DNA of 64,000 nucleotides, taken from assembly GCA_963666975.2 (NCBI GenBank), contig CAXVYR010000003.1:160001-224000 (forward strand), in the 5' to 3' direction. The notes beneath the pieces were generated by a model, which had not been told where the DNA came from, did no database searches, and saw nothing but the letters and a program-made list of their open reading frames with translations. The stretch is from Terriglobia bacterium. GTDB taxonomy: Bacteria > Acidobacteriota > Terriglobia > 2-12-FULL-54-10. A program made the position numbers and the translations under genes. This document shows positions 1 to 9,607 of the stretch, one piece after another (within the stretch, counting starts at the first letter, position 1; the number at the start of each line of letters is the position of its first letter).

Positions 1-282
1 CAGCAGCAGTGATGGTGCCGTTATTCTCATCACAGCTTGTGTTGACTGTTGCCGAGCCAGCCAGGATGGCTGTCCCATAATCCAAGGTGATTTCCGAAGC
101 CAGCACGATGGTTCCCGTACTGTTGGCAGCGAACGCTACGGCCCGACGGCTTCCGTGGTTCCTTCAGACCGTAGGGGTCGCGCGCCGCTGGCGCTGACAA
201 AGAACTGTATTTGCGCAGAAGCGGCGCTCACTCCAACCGCAATCAGAGCAAGTGCAAAGAAAATGTTCTTAAGTTGTTTCAT
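1..282 (-). pseudogene. Exported S-layer-like protein, N-terminus only, with an apparent 1-nt frameshift at ~140-145
   Basis: AAGGAG RBS and ATG at 282. Reads MKQLKNIFFALALIAVGVSAASA (signal peptide) QIQFFVSASGARPLRSEGTTEAVGP to TAG at 138-136. Adding one G gives ...VGAVAFAANSTGTIVLASEITLDYGTAILAGSATVNTSCDENNGTITAA, open to the window edge. Absent from the ORF track. Confidence 0.7.
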
Positions 283-529
283 CTAGGTCTCCTTCGTAGT
301 CTTTAAAATCTTTCTGTGGAATTGTTGAGGTTGAAGCGCCGCCGTAAGGAGCGCGCCTGCTTCGTTAAACTGCAAAAAAACTTCGTGGCCGAGCCGCCCG
401 AAGGTTGCTGCCGCCCGAATGTAGATCCGGATGGTTGCTTCTCAAGTGTCGCGCTCGCCACCACCTCCTCGGTATGAAAGTTTTCGATACCTTTTAGGAA
501 TGCGAGGGAACGAGAGGAAATGACCCCTT

Positions 530-585
530 GTGGGACAGGCATTCCTGCCTGTCTGCTCAGCACAGGCCTGGAGGCCTGTGCCCAC
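530..585. repeat. REP-like inverted doublet
   Basis: GTGGGACAGGCATTCCTGCCTGTC (530-553) and CACAGGCCTGGAGGCCTGTGCCCAC (561-585), each a short hairpin. Related halves at 2091-2115 and 2651-2662. Confidence 0.7.
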
Positions 586-619
586 GAGAGAACACTTGTG
601 ATTGGCGAGCGCAACATCA

Positions 620-2068
620 GAGGGTGTCCCATACATAGTTGAAGGTTGAACGGCGGTTCGGCCCGAATCGAATAGAATCGGGCCAAGCCTAAATCCTATA
701 GAAGGAGAACCGCCGAATGAAGGGAAAATATCACGTTTTGGAACTGGGTTCCAAGGGAGCCGAAGAAACCATCCAGAAGTTTTGCCAAACCAACGGACAG
801 ATGCTGTTGCCGGTGGTGGATCTGATCACGGAGGCGCGTCTGGCGGTGGATGAGGTGATTGATCGGGCCGGGCGAGGTTTGATTGAAACGATTCTGAGCA
901 TGAGCGCAGAGCAAATCGCGGGGCCAAAGAGTCCCGGGAAGGCGAGCGGAGAGGTGCGCTGGCATGGCCGGCAATTGGGGAGGGTGAAACTGGCCGATCG
1001 CCAGCTGCGGGTGGAGCGGCCCCGGCTGCGCCGGAAGGGCGGAGGGGAAGAAGCGGTGCCGGCCTACGAAGCACTGCGGAAAAGCGAGAAGACGGGCGAG
1101 GAGATGTTCGAGGCACTGTTGAAAGGGGTTTCGACGCGGAACTACCGCGAGGTGATCCCGGAGATGGCCAACAGCGCTGGGGTGTCGAAGTCTCAGGTGA
1201 GCCGGGAAGCGGCCGAGCAAGGAGCGCGGCGGCTGGAAGAACTGTTGGCGCGGCGCTGGGAGGAGGTCGAGATTCTGGTGATTTACCTGGACGGAATGCG
1301 GTTCGGCTCCCACCACGTCATCAGCGCCGTGGGCGTGGACATCGAGGGCCGCAAGCATGTGCTGGGGATTCAACTGGGCGCGACCGAAAACGCCGCTGCG
1401 GTGAAAGACCTTCTCACCCGCCTGCGCCAGCAAGGTTTGCGCACGGATCAGCGCTATCTGTTTGTGATCGACGGCGCCAAAGCGCTCCGCGCGGGGATCG
1501 AGGAAGTATTCGGCAGCAATCAGCTGGTGCAGCGTTGCCGTACTCATAAGCTGCGCAACGTGGCTGAGCGGTTACCAAAGGGCGACAAAATGCTGGCGAA
1601 TCAGGTGCGGTCGCTGATGCGCGCCGCCTGGCGATTGCCCCAAGCCGAGGAAGGCATCGTGCGCATAAAAAAGCTCGCTGGGATGATCGAGTGCGATCAT
1701 CCGGCAGCAGCCGCCAGCTTGCGCGAAGGGTTGGAGGAGACCTTTACGATCAATCGAGCCGACGTTCCTCCCAGCCTCCACCGCTGCCTGGCAACCACGA
1801 ACCTCATCGAGAGCCCGCAGTCGGGCGTGCGGAAAAAGACTGGCAATGTTTGCCGCTGGCGCGACGGCGAGATGACGTTGCGCTGGGTGGCAGGAGCGTT
1901 TCTGCTGACCGAGAAGAATTTCCGGAAGATCATGGGTTATCACGATCTCTGGGCTTTGGCATCGATTCTCGGCCGAAGTCCAAACGCTGCTTCCTCTCAC
2001 AAGGAGAAAGTGGCGTAATATGAACTCAACCCGCCGTCCCAACCTGCAACTGAGTTTGGGACACCTTC
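620..2068 (+). mobile_element. IS256-family insertion sequence, 1449 bp
   Basis: IRL GAGGGTGTCCCATACATAGTTGAAGGTTG versus IRR(rc) GAAGGTGTCCCAAACTCAGTTGCAGGTTG (24/29 identical). 8-bp direct repeat CAACATCA at 612-619 and 2069-2076. Confidence 0.93.
717..2018 (+). CDS. IS256/mutator-family DDE transposase
   Basis: 433 aa; motifs GVSTR, IYLDG, VIDGAK, QRCRTHKLRN, TTNLIES; AAGGAG RBS. Confidence 0.95.
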   Translation: MKGKYHVLELGSKGAEETIQKFCQTNGQMLLPVVDLITEARLAVDEVIDRAGRGLIETILSMSAEQIAGPKSPGKASGEVRWHGRQLGRVKLADRQLRVERPRLRRKGGGEEAVPAYEALRKSEKTGEEMFEALLKGVSTRNYREVIPEMANSAGVSKSQVSREAAEQGARRLEELLARRWEEVEILVIYLDGMRFGSHHVISAVGVDIEGRKHVLGIQLGATENAAAVKDLLTRLRQQGLRTDQRYLFVIDGAKALRAGIEEVFGSNQLVQRCRTHKLRNVAERLPKGDKMLANQVRSLMRAAWRLPQAEEGIVRIKKLAGMIECDHPAAAASLREGLEETFTINRADVPPSLHRCLATTNLIESPQSGVRKKTGNVCRWRDGEMTLRWVAGAFLLTEKNFRKIMGYHDLWALASILGRSPNAASSHKEKVA

Positions 2069-2172
2069 CAACATCAATTCTGTTCTGCTGGACAGGCAAA
2101 AATGCTTGTCACTACCTTATCTGCTTCCATCACCTGTGTTGCAACAAACTCCAGGGTCAATTTAACACTTTA

Positions 2173-2213
2173 ACCGCGAGGTGATCCCGGAGATGGCCAA
2201 CAGCGCTGGGGTG
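2173..2213 (+). repeat. Exact 41-bp copy of transposase-internal sequence 1144-1184
   Basis: ACCGCGAGGTGATCCCGGAGATGGCCAACAGCGCTGGGGTG occurs at both positions. Confidence 0.9.
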
Positions 2214-2250
2214 CTCTTTGCTCTATGCGGATCTACCGGGAACAGTAGGG

Positions 2251-2280
2251 AAAATAACACTTTAAGTTTCGCCAAGTCAA
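2251..2280 (-). promoter_or_regulatory. Candidate sigma70 promoter facing the IS and S-layer-like gene
   Basis: TTGACT-N18-TATTTT with an extended -10 TG on the minus strand. Confidence 0.4.
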
Positions 2281-2366
2281 CCTTTTTCACTTCCAGCTCA
2301 AGCCTTCCCCGTAATCACTGCGGTTCAAACAGTCGGACAGACAATTGGGGTCCATAACCGTTCTTA

Positions 2367-2395
2367 ATATTAATCGGCCCAAAATTGGAATGCAA
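2367..2395 (-). promoter_or_regulatory. Candidate sigma70 promoter facing the IS and S-layer-like gene
   Basis: TTGCAT-N17-TAATAT on the minus strand. Confidence 0.4.
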
Positions 2396-2472
2396 GAGTT
2401 TTTTGAAGTTTTTTTTGTGCTTGTTTAGGACCTGCCTTCCTGCCGTTGGCTCGGGCTGGGGGAGCGGTTCTC

Positions 2473-2634
2473 TAGGGCACTTCCACAGTTATTGTCTAGT
2501 CAGAGCCGCGCGCGCCAGCAAGCGGACCCCGAACGCCAAGCAGACAACAAAAGCTGAGTTGACCGCTCCCTCACGGTCGCGGCTCGGATGGATTCATCTG
2601 CAACGCCCTAAACAGAAAACACGAAAGTGCCCTA
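2473..2634. mobile_element. MITE-like element carrying a REP doublet
   Basis: 27-bp imperfect terminal IRs at 2473-2499 and 2608-2634 (19/27; outer TAGGGCACTT perfect) enclosing GAGCCGCGCGCGCCAGCAAGCGG...CCGCTCCCTCACGGTCGCGGCTC. Confidence 0.6.
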
Positions 2635-3233
2635 AGGATGCGGCTTGAATTGCCTGTCCCACTATCACTTTAAGTTGCAGATTACAAAGAGAAAAGCTGT
2701 GGATTGTTGAACAGAGGGAGTGTTTGTCTTAATAGGTGGGCAAAGAGGGACCAGCGGTTTTCCCGCATCCATATACATACTATTGTTCAGAGGGTATGGG
2801 GTGGGCTCGACCCGGGGGGCTTGGAAAGGGCTGTTTTCCCCAACGTCATACAGCGTGAGAGTGAAAGTTGATGCCTTAGGACAGGCTCAAACCAAAGCCT
2901 CGTACCTGAAAAGATACGGCTTGAGATTCCCTGGCTTGCTGGACGACCGGGTAGCGGTTCGGCAGATCGTGCCAGGGTGCCCCGTGCGTAAGATCCAAGA
3001 ACACTCCGTTCCACAACTGCCGGCGTCGCGCTTGCATTTTCAAGTGCGCCAAAATACAGGTTCATCACACGGAAATATTAAGGTTGCCGCCATCGATCCC
3101 GAGGCATCTGACTCCCGATCTGGAGGCAGGCATGTGGCTAAACTAACATCCGAGTTGATATAATTTTGGTGGGAGCAGGTCAAAATGCCGCTGACAGAAC
3201 AGACACCTGTGGGCCGCGAGCTCAATTGGGAAT

Positions 3234-3308
3234 TGTCCCATACATAGTTGAAGGTTGAACGGCGGTTCGGCCCGAATCGAATAGAATCGGGCCAAGCCTA
3301 AATCCTAT
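3234..3308 (+). repeat. Exact 75-bp copy of the IS256 left end (625-699)
   Basis: TGTCCCATACATAGTTGAAGG...GCCTAAATCCTAT is identical at both sites; the outermost 5 bp of IRL are missing. Confidence 0.9.
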
Positions 3309-3388
3309 CGAAGCTTCAGAGGGCCCCAGGCAACCAGGATGTCTGGCTCCATGGCTACAATGATTTCGGGCCGCACTAGGGGTGGTGG

Positions 3389-5580
3389 ATGAGCGCAGCA
3401 CGCAAGGGGAGGCGGGCCAATCGAACCGCGGACCAGTCCAAGCACCGCTCCGTCCGAGGCCCGTCTTCGGTCTCCACTCCGAGCCCGCCATCCGGCTCTC
3501 AACTTCCCATCGCAAAGTCGGCCTTCTCCGGGCGGGCTCTGTGGGTCGCCCTGGCCCTGATTGCGGTCACCGTGGTCGTGTATGCCCCAGTGTGGCATCA
3601 CGACTTCGTAAATTATGACGATCCCGAATACCTTAGCGAGAACCCACAAGTCTCCGCTGGACTGACGTGGCACGGTGTGTCGTGGGCATTTACGACCGGA
3701 CACTTCTCCAACTGGCATCCTCTGACTTGGCTGTCCCACATGCTCGACGTTCAGGTCTACGGCTTGAACGCCGGCGGCATCCTCTGCACCATCTCACCAA
3801 CATGCTCCTTCACATCGTCACGACCCTCTTGCTGTTCGGGCTGCTGCATCGGATGACGGGGGCGCTGGGACGGAGTGCGTTCGTGGCCGGGTTGTTTGCC
3901 GTCCATCCCCTCCACGTGGAGTCGGTGGCCTGGGTGGCGGAGCGCAAGGACGTCTTGAGCACGTTGTTCTGGATGCTTACCCTCTGGGGATACGTGTGGT
4001 ACGTGCGGCAGCCTCGGCTGGGTCGATATCTAGTGGTGCTCGTGCCCTTTGCGTTGGGATTGATCACGAAGCCGATGCTGGTAACGCTTCCCTTTGTGCT
4101 CCTGCTGCTGGACTTTTGGCCCTTGGGCCGTGTGTCGCTCGGAGCCGATCCCCCGGACCATTCGAGATTGGCGCCTCCCAGGGATCAATGGTTCGCCGGG
4201 CTCCGGCTGGTGTGGGAAAAACTTCCCCTGTTTGCCCTTACCGTCGCGTCGAGCATCGTGACCTTTGTGGTCCAACAGCGAGGGGGAGCTGTAGCCGGAC
4301 TAGATGAGATTCCGTTGAGCCTTCGCGTGGCAAACGCGCTGGTGTCGTACATCGCCTACATCGGCAAGATGCTGTGGCCCACGCGGCTGGCGGCGTTCTA
4401 TCCCTATTTCCAGCCGCTACCATGGTGGGTGGTCGGAAGCATCCTGGGTCTGATCGGTGTTTCCGTCGTTGTGATTCGGGCGGCCCGGCGCCACCCCTAT
4501 CTTCCCGTGGGATGGCTGTGGTATGTGGGGACACTGGTGCCGGTCATCGGGCTGGTTCAAGTGGGAAGCCACTCAATGGCGGATCGCTACACCTATGTCC
4601 CGCTCATTGGGTTGTTCATCATGGTGGCGTGGGGGATTCCCGACCTCCTCGCCCGCTGGCCGTATCGGAGCATTGCGCTTCCCACCGCGGCGGGGCTGGT
4701 GATTTTGGCGTGCACGATCACCGCATGGGGCCAGGTCCAGTATTGGAAAAGTAGTGTCGCGCTCTGGGCACACGCGCTGGAAGTAACCGCAGAAAACTAT
4801 ATCGCCCACAACAACCTGGGGTTGGTTCTGGCGAACCAAGGGAGATTCGACGAAGCCATCGCGCATCACACCGAGGCCCTGCGCAGCAAGCCCGATTTCG
4901 CCGAGGCGCACTACAACCTGGGGGGAGCTCTGAAAGACCAAGGGAGAGTCGACGAGGCCATCGCGCACTACACCGAGGCCCTGCGCAGCAAGCCCGATTT
5001 CGCCGAGGCGCACAACAACTTGGGGGTTGCGCTGGCAGACCAAAGCAGGGTCGGCGAGGCCATCGCGCACTATACCGAGGCCCTGCGCAGCAAGCCCGAC
5101 TATGCCGAAGCGCACTACAACCTGGGGGGAGTGCTGGCAGACCAAGGCAGGGCTGGCGAGGCCATCGCGCACTACACCGAGGCTCTGCGCAACAAGCCCG
5201 ACTATGCGGCGGCGCACAACAACCTGGGCCTTATCTCGGCGGCCCAAGGGAGATTCGACGAAGCGATCCCCTACTATTTCGAGGCTCTGCGCATCCAGCC
5301 CAGCTTCGCGGCGGCGCACAACAACCTGGGCCTTGTCTTGGCAGCACAAGGGAGATTCGACGAGGCGATCCGCCACTACACCGAGGCTCTGCGCCTCCAG
5401 CCCGGCTCCGCGGCGGCGCACAACAATCTGGGGATTGTCCTGGCGAATCAAGGAAAGATCGAGGAGGCTGCTCGTCATTTCGAAATCGCATTGACGCTCA
5501 ACCCGAGCAATCAAGGGGCTCGGCGTGCATTGGACGATCTGACGAGCCGAGGCAAGAGCTCCGGGCCTGGCACTCAATGA
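3389..5580 (+). pseudogene. TMTC-like GT-C membrane glycosyltransferase with C-terminal TPRs, frameshifted at ~3779-3786
   Basis: ORF 3389-3856 carries FVNYDD and NWHPLTWLS; ORF 3667-5580 carries HHLTN, HPLHVESVAWVAERKDVL, MADRYTY and TPRs. Removing 8 nt joins them as GLNAGGHHLTN. Confidence 0.85.
4798..5511 (+). repeat. Seven 102-bp TPR-coding tandem repeats
   Basis: 34-aa units AxAH(N/Y)NLGxxLxxQGRxxEAIxHYxEALRxxP; units 1-4 are near-identical at DNA level. Confidence 0.9.
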
Positions 5581-5728
5581 GCGTACGAGCAGGCAGGGCT
5601 CACGAGCGTGGTGCCGCGCGTTCTATTTTATAGTTCTTGCATACTACAGCCAGCTAGCTGGCCGACCGGGTCCCGCAGTGAGGAAAAAATTTTTCTCGAG
5701 TGTTCCTGTTTTACTCCTGGTTTTGGTC

Positions 5729-8092
5729 CTATGAGGCAGAAGGCTGCGGCTGGCCGCTATTTTCTTCCCGCTGTTCTTTTTCCATTTCTTCTTCCTTGTC
5801 CTTCTCCTCTTGCATAATCCTCTGCAACTCTTTCAGCTTATCTCGCAGCTCCGTTGTGGCGCGTTGCGCCTCCAAAGAGTTGCGGATGACGGTCGGCGTC
5901 AGCAGGATAATCAACTCAGTCTTCTGGCTGGAGAGGGAGGTGTTTCCGAACAGCAGCCCCAGGTAAGGAATGCGCCCTAACAGGGGAATGCGGTTTGTGG
6001 ACAGGGCGCGGGTTTCCTGGATGATTCCGCCGAGAGCGATGGTCTCGCCGTCTTCGACCACCACCTGCGTGGAAATGGACCGCTTCTGAATGCTGGGCGA
6101 CTGGATGCCACCCGCGAAGGGAGCCAGCGGCGCGCTGACTTCCTGCTGGATTTGCAGGTTCACCAGGCCGGAGGAGTTGATCCGAGGGGTGATGTTGAGC
6201 AGCACTCCGGTGTCGCGATTTTGGATGGTATTGGTAAACAGGCTCGTGCCCCCTACCTGGCCTCCTCCCACTAGAGCCTGCGAAGTGAGGATGGGGATTT
6301 CGGTGCCTACACTGATGCTCGCCGCAACGTTGTCAATGACGAGAAGTGATGGAGCGGAGATCACCCGCGCCTGGCTGCGGACCTCGGCGGCATTGAGAAA
6401 CAGCAGCAGTTCCCGCGTTTTGCCGATCAGCGTTCCCACGGAAACATCCAGCGCCGTCGCAAAGCTGGCAAGCGGCTTCCGCTCGGCATCCGTGCGGTTT
6501 TGCAAGAATGCGCTGACTCCAGCCGACAAGGCCCCGCTGAGGTCCACCTCATACACTTTGGCTTCGATCATCACCTGCCGGGGAATGATGTCCAAATCCC
6601 GGAGGGTCTGCCGGATCTGCTCGTACTCCTGGGCCGTCGCCTGGATTACCAATTGATTGTTCACCGGGTCCGGAACAATGCGGATGTGAGAAAGCGCTGC
6701 AGAGTCTTCCGCTGCAAAGCCCATGCCCGGGAAATTCCCTCCAGGGATGGTCAATTGCGGTTGCATCGCCCCTCCCTGGAAAAGGGATGCTGTTCCGGGA
6801 ACTGCTCCTGTGCCGGCGAGCCCAACCTGGGGGTAAGGAATGCTTCCATGCAGTTGGGACAAAATACTTGCCAGGTCTTCGGCCTTGCCATTCTCAACCT
6901 TATATATAAAGTTTCTGATCCCCGCCTCCTGAAAAGGAAAAGGCTGGTCCAGTCGCTCCATCCATTTTTGCACTTCGGGATACAGTCCAGGATTTCCTGT
7001 CACCGCCAGGATGGAGTTGATTCGTTCGATAGGAACGAAGCGGATGGGTGAGGCTGCCTCCGAGAGCGCGTAGGCGGAGAAAACTTCGTCCAACTCTTCT
7101 GCCAGCCTTCCCGCTTCGCTGTTCGTTACGGGGTAGAGCCTGGCCCGCTGGCCTGTGAAAACCTCGGTGTCAAACATGCCGACCAGTTCCAGCACTCTTC
7201 TCATGCTGCGGCTGCTGTCGGTGATCATCAGGATGTTGCCTTGCTCCTGGCTGAACAGATGTCCTCCTTCCGAGAGGAAAGGCGTCAGAATCCGCGTCAT
7301 ATCCGCCGCCGAGACGTACTGCAGCGGGACGATGTTCATGACCATCCGGTCATCCACCGGCAGGCCGGCTGCGGCCGGGTCGACCAGAGGCGCCAGCGGC
7401 AGCCTCTGCACGTCCTGCAAAGGAACGATCCGGAAAAAATTTCCGGTTTCGATGGCGGTGGCGCCGTTGATCCGCAGGATCATCTGCAGCAGAGGGAACA
7501 GGTCCTCGCGTTGCAACTGGCCGAGGGTATTGATGTTCACCGTGCCTTGCACCTGCGGGTCCACCACATAGTTCATTTGGAGTTCCGCGGCGATAATGCC
7601 GATTACCTGCAGGAGTTCGGCGTTTTCCAGATGCAGGGCGATGGGAACTGCTGGCGAGGCTTGCGGCGCCTGGGGCGCAGGCGTTGGGGCGGGAGGCGTT
7701 TCCTGCTGCTCTGACAAGGCAGCGGGCTGTTGCGCAGCCTCCACAGGGGCGGCAGGAGGAGCAGGGACGGCAACCGGCGGGACGTTCTCCTCTGAAGCAG
7801 GCTGTGGTTCGGAAGACTGCTCTTGCCGCTGTGGTAGCGAGCTTCGGGGAATACGGTATCGTTGGATCCCAAATGGTGTCTGTTTTTCGACCTCGACAAA
7901 TTCTTCCTCTGGCTGGGGTGAAGCGTTTTCCCTGGTCTCCTGTTCAGCGGCTTCCCCTTCTTGCTGCCAGGCGGCGAGGCCGGCTGGCGAGAGCAGATAG
8001 AAAATGACGATCCCGGTCGTCCATATGCTGGACCATGTTCTGATCCACTTTCTGATTCGCGTTTTGATCCATTTGCCTTTCAACGGTTCCAC
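5729..8092 (-). CDS. gspD: Type II secretion secretin GspD
   Basis: N0/N domains, QVMIEAKVYEVDL, VGTEIPI, DGETIALGGII, IPLLGRIPYLGLLF, KTELIILLTP. Confidence 0.93.
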   Translation of the reverse strand: MEPLKGKWIKTRIRKWIRTWSSIWTTGIVIFYLLSPAGLAAWQQEGEAAEQETRENASPQPEEEFVEVEKQTPFGIQRYRIPRSSLPQRQEQSSEPQPASEENVPPVAVPAPPAAPVEAAQQPAALSEQQETPPAPTPAPQAPQASPAVPIALHLENAELLQVIGIIAAELQMNYVVDPQVQGTVNINTLGQLQREDLFPLLQMILRINGATAIETGNFFRIVPLQDVQRLPLAPLVDPAAAGLPVDDRMVMNIVPLQYVSAADMTRILTPFLSEGGHLFSQEQGNILMITDSSRSMRRVLELVGMFDTEVFTGQRARLYPVTNSEAGRLAEELDEVFSAYALSEAASPIRFVPIERINSILAVTGNPGLYPEVQKWMERLDQPFPFQEAGIRNFIYKVENGKAEDLASILSQLHGSIPYPQVGLAGTGAVPGTASLFQGGAMQPQLTIPGGNFPGMGFAAEDSAALSHIRIVPDPVNNQLVIQATAQEYEQIRQTLRDLDIIPRQVMIEAKVYEVDLSGALSAGVSAFLQNRTDAERKPLASFATALDVSVGTLIGKTRELLLFLNAAEVRSQARVISAPSLLVIDNVAASISVGTEIPILTSQALVGGGQVGGTSLFTNTIQNRDTGVLLNITPRINSSGLVNLQIQQEVSAPLAPFAGGIQSPSIQKRSISTQVVVEDGETIALGGIIQETRALSTNRIPLLGRIPYLGLLFGNTSLSSQKTELIILLTPTVIRNSLEAQRATTELRDKLKELQRIMQEEKDKEEEMEKEQREENSGQPQPSAS

Positions 8093-8201
8093 CCCCTGTC
8101 ATTGCATGCTGTATGGCGCGGAGTCATCAGGCCGTCCTGCTGATTGCTCCCGGCCGTATTTGAATATCGCGGTGCATTGTTTCGTATGCAGTATTCATTG
8201 T

Positions 8202-8927
8202 TTATTGTTCGATGTTCTCGTACCACACCTGCGGGCCAAACGGAGTCTGGCGCTCCAGCCTCCTGCGGTTTCCCTCTATGGTGACCCGAACCCCGGGGTC
8301 GGAACTTTGCTGGGCAGGTGTTGCGCGAGAAGCAGGCCGCTGCGCCGTGCTCCGCTGCCTGGAGGGCGCAGGCCTCGCTCCGCTTCCTGCCGTCTCCACT
8401 ACCGGAGCGGCAGGCTCGGCGCTGCGCGCCTTCTGCCGGGCAACGCTGTTGGCAGACTGATATACGTCCAGTGTCGTCCTTTGTCCCTGCAGCTCAATCA
8501 CTACCTTTTCGTCTTGAATCTCTACCACCGTGTATGCTCCCAAGCGCTGGCCCGTTTTCACGCGCTGGAACTTGCGGGTTGCCGCCTCGCTTCTTTCCGC
8601 CATCAGGGCTTCATAGGTTTCGCCCAGATGGATGGTCCCAAAGACCACGGGAACCTGGAGCGATGCCGGCTGCGCGGTTTCCTCCGCTTGGATCAGCATG
8701 CTGTTTCTGTCAGCGCTGAACAGGTTCTTCTCAACAATCACCCGGGTGGCTGGAACAGGGCGCGCTCCGCTGACCGGCGGCAAATACGCCGGAGCATCCT
8801 CCGTTTGCCGTTCCAGAGCCGCATAACGCAGATTCGCGCTTCTCCATTCTCCCGCCAGCCGGAAGATCAGCAGGGCGGCGGCGATGGACAGTACAACGTT
8901 GACGAGCAATAGTTGCCGGCGATTCAC
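8202..8927 (-). CDS. GspC-like inner-membrane protein (TM plus HR-like domain)
   Basis: N-terminal TM, IVEKNLFS.DR, beta-rich GxRLGxYTVVEIxxxKVVI segment; lies between gspM and gspD; GAGGAGG RBS. Confidence 0.65.
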   Translation of the reverse strand: MNRRQLLLVNVVLSIAAALLIFRLAGEWRSANLRYAALERQTEDAPAYLPPVSGARPVPATRVIVEKNLFSADRNSMLIQAEETAQPASLQVPVVFGTIHLGETYEALMAERSEAATRKFQRVKTGQRLGAYTVVEIQDEKVVIELQGQRTTLDVYQSANSVARQKARSAEPAAPVVETAGSGARPAPSRQRSTAQRPASRATPAQQSSDPGVRVTIEGNRRRLERQTPFGPQVWYENIEQ

Positions 8928-8952
8928 GAAAACCTCCTCAGCGTGCAGAGCC

Positions 8953-8994
8953 CTCAGCTCTCAACTCTCATCTGTCATTTGCCATCTGTCATTC
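8953..8994. repeat. Degenerate 7-nt tandem repeat, six units
   Basis: ctcagct ctcaact ctcatct gtcattt gccatct gtcattc. Confidence 0.6.
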
Positions 8995-9564
8995 CGGCCT
9001 CTGTTCGTCAGTGGCAGCAGGCCGCATGATTCCGGCGACGTTCATATTGACGCTAATCAGTTTTTTCCTGGCGTTAGCCGTCTGCAGCGCTAAACTGGAA
9101 ATAGCCAGACGCTTCGGACCTCGTACGATCTCTTCCAAAAATCTCGCCAATTGGTCCAGGCTGCAGTGGAACTGTAATCCGAGAGGCACTTGCAAATAGT
9201 CGTCGCCGAGCGGTCTCGCCAGAAGGAAGGCGCTCGAACGAATTTCAATCGATTGCGCCGCCATAAGCTGCTTCACCAATTCCTGCATCTCCGCAGAGGC
9301 GAGCGCGGCTGTCTCGCTCGCAAGCAGGCCCGCTTCCGCTTCCCGCAGCTGCGCTTCGAGCGAGGAGATTTCCGCCCTCCGGACCTCTGCCTCCTGAATC
9401 ACTTCTCTGTACTTTTCCAACGTTTTTTGCCGGTCCGGCAGATTTGCACTGGCTTCTTGCAAAAGGTCCCAGGCCGGGAATATTCCGAACCGGAATAACA
9501 CAAACAAAGCCAGGGCCGCTCCCACCGCCCACAATGCCCTTTTGTCTCTTTGGTTGATCTCCAT
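8989..9564 (-). CDS. gspM: GspM/PilO-like protein
   Basis: Start revised to MEINQRDKRAL; TM, coiled coil, ferredoxin-like C-terminus. Confidence 0.75.
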   Translation of the reverse strand: MEINQRDKRALWAVGAALALFVLFRFGIFPAWDLLQEASANLPDRQKTLEKYREVIQEAEVRRAEISSLEAQLREAEAGLLASETAALASAEMQELVKQLMAAQSIEIRSSAFLLARPLGDDYLQVPLGLQFHCSLDQLARFLEEIVRGPKRLAISSLALQTANARKKLISVNMNVAGIMRPAATDEQRPE

Positions 9565-9607
9565 AATTGTTCCCAAAATGTTCCTGGTCGCTCTCTTCTC
9601 GCTCTTT

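Noticed and set aside
303-461. uORF after GAGGAGGT
   Set aside because: The GTG is only ~2 nt from the SD core and the peptide is unremarkable.
283-520. c-di-GMP-I riboswitch in the S-layer-like leader (also considered at 2880-2960)
   Set aside because: Only fragmentary resemblance; the GNRA P2 hairpin and receptor architecture could not be built. Needs an Infernal/Rfam scan.
2163-2674. CRISPR-like array from the CACTTTAA repeats
   Set aside because: Repeats are only 8-11 bp, irregularly spaced (92 and ~408 bp), and no cas genes are present.
2720-3163. 147-aa ORF in the intergenic region
   Set aside because: No recognisable motif and atypical composition; not supportable.
696-5577. Long antisense ORFs (696-1547, 4573-5577) and similar ones elsewhere (29799-31034, 35099-36505, 43299-44549, 60790-61776)
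   Set aside because: Shadow frames of real high-GC genes; the periodicity in 4573-5577 mirrors the TPR repeats.
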